The notes below the pieces were generated by a model. That model had not been told where the DNA came from, ran no database searches, and worked only from the letters and a program-made list of their open reading frames with translations. Shown piece after piece: positions 37,997 to 42,201 of a stretch of 42,201 nucleotides of DNA. How positions within the stretch are numbered: the stretch's first letter is position 1; each line of letters starts with the position of its first letter. The stretch comes from Aduncisulcus paluster (Eukaryota). The stretch spans positions 1 through 42,201 of the forward strand of contig BQXS01012764.1 in NCBI GenBank assembly GCA_024181965.1, given 5' to 3'. The translations under genes and the position numbers were made by a program.

Positions 37997-40825
37997 TTAT
38001 TTATGAGAAGAGGTGGTTACAGCTTGATCTTTGAACATCTTAAACAGCTGTTTGGCACTTGTGGCATCATCAGTGGTTTTATCATCTCTTTCACGCAAAA
38101 AACGAGGGAATCTAACACCGATTCCACGATCACTCTGTGTGAATGTGTGACTTCCTCGATGAACTGGAGAAAGGAACAAATCCGCTCCCTTAACCTCGAA
38201 AACCACACTTCCATCGAACCAATAATCCATTTTAAGACGCTTACTAACACAGAAACGTTCAGGAGGCTTCTTAACGGGTTTAATTGATTGTTTAAGTTCT
38301 TGCAACTTTTTATCGGTCAACCCTGATCCAACACAGCAAGTTGTCTGAATTTCTCCGGTTTTCTCGTCCACAACTCCGCATAAGAATGATCCGTACACCC
38401 CAGAACGATCTCCATTTCCTTCATAAGCACCCATAACAACAAGATCAAGCGAATCGCCCAATCCATTGAGATAATCCTTCTTGAGCTTCGTCCAGCACCG
38501 GGAACGTTCGTCTGGCCGGTAAAAAGACGAAGATCCGTACAATGTCTTCACCATTAACCCCTCAGTCTTGCAAGCTAAGGCATTATCAAAGAATTCGGTG
38601 ATCTCTTCGCTTGTTTTGCAATTCTGATATCTAGCGAATGTTACCTTCTCATTTTCACTGATAGAGTTGTGAAGAGTGCTTCTTCTTGTTGCGAAGTTGT
38701 ATTGTGTAAGCGATTTACCATTGAAATAAATAATATCGAACACGAAAAGTTTCACAGGGTTTTCTTTAGCCTTTTTCCGAACGGTATCCTGAACTCGTCC
38801 TCTTTTTGTTAAATCCTGAAAAGATTTAATTAGACCTGTCTTCTTATCATACGCGATTACCTCCGCATCAATGATATAACTACCATCAGCATCGTGTTCC
38901 ATCGAAGGCTCAGACTTCTTGATTATGGAGTAATCAACAACAAAGGGCACAAGCTCAAGGGAAATAGGCACACCTTCAGAGGAAGAGGAGGAGGAGGGAG
39001 AAGAGGGAGAAGAGGAACTATTCGTTGGAGTGATTGAAGTAGTAACACAAGATAAAGTATCATTTTCATCAATCTCTTTCTGTACTTTCTTCTCAGAAGA
39101 ATGTTTTTTAGAAGGTCGGGAGGAGTTTATACTTGTTATCTCTTCCTCTTCTTTCTCTTCTTTCTCTTCTTTCTCCTCTCTCTCTTCTTTCTCGTCACAT
39201 AGCTCTGAAGTAATTTCAGAAAGAGAATTGGAATTAACACGACGCTTTCCAAGTTCACCTTTCTCTTTTTCCTCTTTTTTCTCTTCTTTCTCTTCTTCAG
39301 ATTCTTCAGGAAGTTCAAGATCTTCCTCCTCTTCTTCAGTAAATTCAGCTTCTTCCTCTTCTCCCTTCTTCTTCTTCCTCTTCTCCTTCTTCCCTCTTCT
39401 CATCCTCTTCTTGATCAATGAGATCTTCAAGGAGTAGGTTATCTTTCTCAAATTCTAATTTTGGCACATCTTTCTCATCAGGAACAACCATAATAGGTTT
39501 CTCTTGAATTCCCTTGGTTGCGTCGTCGAGGGATGCCAATAAATCTGGATATTGATGCGTTACATCCTCCAATCTCCTGCTGAACATTTTGAACTTACCA
39601 CGCTTATCTCTGTGAATGAGTAACCTCATTCCATCGTACTTATGCTCACAGGTGAATGGATGTCCTTCAAGCTTATTTAAGATCATNNNNNNNNNNNNNN
39701 NNNNNNTAATTTTGGCACATCTTTCTCATCAGGAACAACCATAATAGGTTTCTCTTGAATTCCCTTGGTTGCGTCGTCGAGGGATGCCAATAAATCTGGA
39801 TATTGATGCGTTACATCCTCCAATCTCCTGCTGAACATTTTGAACTTACCACGCTTATCTCTGTGAATGAGTAACCTCATTCCATCGTACTTATGCTCAC
39901 AGGTGAATGGATGTCCTTCAAGCTTATTTAAGATCATTTGAACACTTTTCATGGGCTGCGCAAGCATCGGACGGACTGGCAGACCGGGCTTAATCTTACA
40001 CAAATCAAGAACTCGCTCAGACATTGTTAGGATACGAATACGCTTTTTCTTAGACGATTTAGACCCCTCGGACTTCTTTTCGCTTATTAACTCATCACTA
40101 GCTTTCAGACATGCACGCATCACACGACCGAGATCAGGACTTTGGGCATAAGCACGTTTTATATTCTCAATCAAGACTTTTTCTTCGATATCGTTGTGTG
40201 AGATATCCAATTGTTTACATATGTGGCGATAAATAGTCTTTGCAATACAAACAATAACAGTTTTATCCTGGAGACCAATTTTCATGTTACCGTTCAGTAA
40301 ACGAATGAGATATTTTGCCTCCATGCCTTCTTTGGCAAGAAATATAAGGGAGCTAATCATCTTCATCTTTCTATCGATTGTTTTGCTTCCAGAAACAGTG
40401 GCGATATCACGGAGACCCGAAATCACTTTTTCTACTGTTAATGATTTTTTTGACTTCTTCTTTTTGGAAGGAGGAGCAAAAAAATCGTCAATACTACTCT
40501 GGTTCTTCTTGATATCTTTCAGAACTAACTCAGCTACTTCTCCAACTTCAGTCTTGTCCATTTTCTTTAATTTAGCAACAGGTTTTTGTACAAGCGTTGA
40601 AATACATTTAAATAACAAAGTGTCACCGAGCATAAGTTTTAATCCAAGTTTAATTGGAGCAATCTCCCCAACGCTTATATAAATAACATTTGTTAAATTA
40701 GCGGGATCATTTTGAAGAATATCATAAAGAAACTTCGTCAAGTACTCTGTCATTAGCAATCTCTTTGTGGTTGACTCTATACTTTGCAGACATCTACATA
40801 ATTCGATGAATTTGGTGTTGGTCAT
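37997..40825 (-). CDS. LIG1: ATP-dependent DNA ligase I (~858 aa after removing the gap duplication and one extra base at ~39364)
   Basis: DBD (IESTTKRL, EAKYLIRLLNGNMKIGL), PVRPMLAQP, motif I CEHKYDGMR, FSRRLEDVT, motif III IIDAEVIA, IIIa FVFDIIYFNG, IV EGLMVK, V WTKLKKDYLNGLGDSLDLVV, VI RFPRFLRERDDK. Confidence 0.95.
39456..39937. other. Scaffold gap (N 39687-39706) with duplicated overlap 39456-39686 = 39707-39937
   Basis: The same 231 bp appears on both sides of a 20-N run. Confidence 0.95.
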
Positions 40826-41044
40826 ATTTTACAAGCAAATCTTCTAAATTGGCCTTCTTTGTACAATATTTAGTCCGCTTTTGAAAAGGAAAAAATTTCC
40901 AATCGGACACAATAATCAAAGTGAAAAAATATCCTTTATCGAGCAATTATATTGAAATCATAAACCATCAATTCTAAATTACATGGCATTTGAAGTAGAT
41001 AAAGTAAAATAATTCCCTTGAATAGCAAAGACAACAATCCAATA
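40826..41044. promoter_or_regulatory. Short divergent intergenic region (putative bidirectional promoter) between LIG1 and PUS3
   Basis: Head-to-head genes ~220-250 bp apart; AT-rich, with ATTGG (~40848) and CCAAT (~40899) boxes in opposite orientations. Confidence 0.45.
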
Positions 41045-41071
41045 ATGAAAAAACTCAATTTTCTGCTTGTT

Positions 41072-42201
41072 ATGGGAAAAAAGCCTGTTCCAGAGGAGTG
41101 TCCCCGAAGACATATTGCTATCAAATTAGCGTATATCGGTTGGGAATATTCTGGTGTTGCCATTCAACCTCATAGTGATACCACTGTTGAACATCATTTG
41201 ATGAAAGCCCTAGAAGAAAGTGGTTTAATTCCAAAAAACTCATCACTTGCCGACATTGGGTTTTCACGTGGTGGAAGAACAGATAAAGGTGTGTCTGCGT
41301 TTGGTCAAGTTATGGCATTTTACATTCGTTCACGAGTTGAAAGTGGACCAGGAATCCTTAGTCCAACTCAATCTATTCCAAAGACACAAGAAAAAGTTGG
41401 TTATTATCGTACTTATGGTCGCCCTCCGCTTCTTTCCTCACCTTTCCCTCCTGATGAATTTATAGGCCATGTTGAGGGAGAATTGCCATATACAATGATG
41501 ATAAACTCACGTCTACCCGAAGATATTCGTGTTTTGGGCTGGTGTCCTGTGCCCCACCGCTTTGATGCTCGTCATAGTGCTCGTGCCAGAGTTTATCGGT
41601 ATTTATTCCCAAGAATGCATTTAGACATTGAGAAAATGCAGAGAGCTTGTAAATATTTCGAAGGAACCCATGATTTTCGGAGCTTTTGCAAAATTGATAG
41701 CGAGAATGTTCATACTTTCAAAAGACATATATTTTCGTTTGAAGTCAAGCCTGTGGATGAATTAGATGATGCTGATCCATCGAATGATATCACAAAACAA
41801 TCAGAACCAGAAATAGAAGAGGGAAGAAGAAGAAGAGGAGGAGGAAGAAAGAGAAGAGAAAGAAGAGAAAGAAGTTCCTAAATATGGCAAGAGACGGTGT
41901 TTCTCTTCATCTCCTTCTGCAACAGCAGTCTCATTGTCGACCCCATCTGTTGTTGCCCACCATTCCCCATATGAACTATATGAGATGAGAATTAGAGGAA
42001 CGGCCTTTTTATATCACCAAGTTCGGTGTATGACAGCCATCTTATTCGAGATCGGTATGGGATATGAATCAGAATCCCTTGTTGAGGATCTTCTTGATGT
42101 TCCTACTTTAAAGGATATGGGAATAGAAGGTACTGTGAAAGAGTCAGTTCGGGATGGAGCTCAAGCCCAAGAAGATGATGAAATGTGTCTTGAAGAAGCA
42201 G
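41072..42201 (+). CDS. PUS3: tRNA pseudouridine(38/39) synthase, TruA/Pus3 (Deg1) family; one extra G at ~41822; 3' end outside the window
   Basis: [33 protein letters not shown] (catalytic Asp), [37 protein letters not shown]. After a +1 shift: [22 protein letters not shown], open to the window end. An alternative ATG lies at 41045. Confidence 0.9.

Noticed and set aside
38890-39515. Intein in DNA ligase
   Set aside because: The insert is low-complexity Glu/Ser with no N-terminal Cys/Ser block, no terminal His-Asn and no endonuclease motifs.
15175-39937. Five direct repeats of 172-372 bp as real duplications, LTRs or target-site duplications
   Set aside because: Each pair directly flanks an exact 20-N gap, and collapsing it restores one continuous reading frame, the signature of a scaffolding artefact.
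1-42201. Alternative genetic code (TAA/TAG = Gln) or Euplotes-type stop-codon frameshifting
   Set aside because: Long ORFs contain no in-frame TAA/TAG, all three stops end genes, and the observed shifts are not at AAA-TAR sites.

Overview
Gene-dense, intron-poor eukaryotic (protist) nuclear DNA using the standard genetic code; TAA, TAG and TGA all act as stops. From recalled protein-family resemblance, not a search, the unusual kinase and the poly-Ser/poly-Glu style suggest a free-living fornicate/metamonad such as Aduncisulcus. Recognisable genes: a full-size ABCD-type transporter (5' end outside the window), an Sfi1-like centrin-binding repeat protein, ER Hsp70/BiP (two frameshifts, FDDL C-terminus), a ~1730-aa coiled-coil/ARM-repeat protein, an 1825-aa type I surface protein, a ~1690-aa kinase with a hidden 5' micro-exon and three ~340-aa tandem helical repeats, DNA ligase I and a Pus3/TruA pseudouridine synthase. 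Several orphan ORFs lie among them. Five 20-N gaps are each flanked by duplicated overlaps that split genes artificially, and about seven single-base indels break otherwise intact frames. The most unusual elements are: (i) the kinase-repeat fusion; (ii) a ~1.1-kb AT-rich island holding an orphan Lys-rich ORF and a palindrome-packed 59-bp tandem array just upstream of the surface-protein gene; (iii) a 201-bp near-identical tract shared by the two NBDs of the ABCD gene; (iv) two same-context single-base deletions in BiP.
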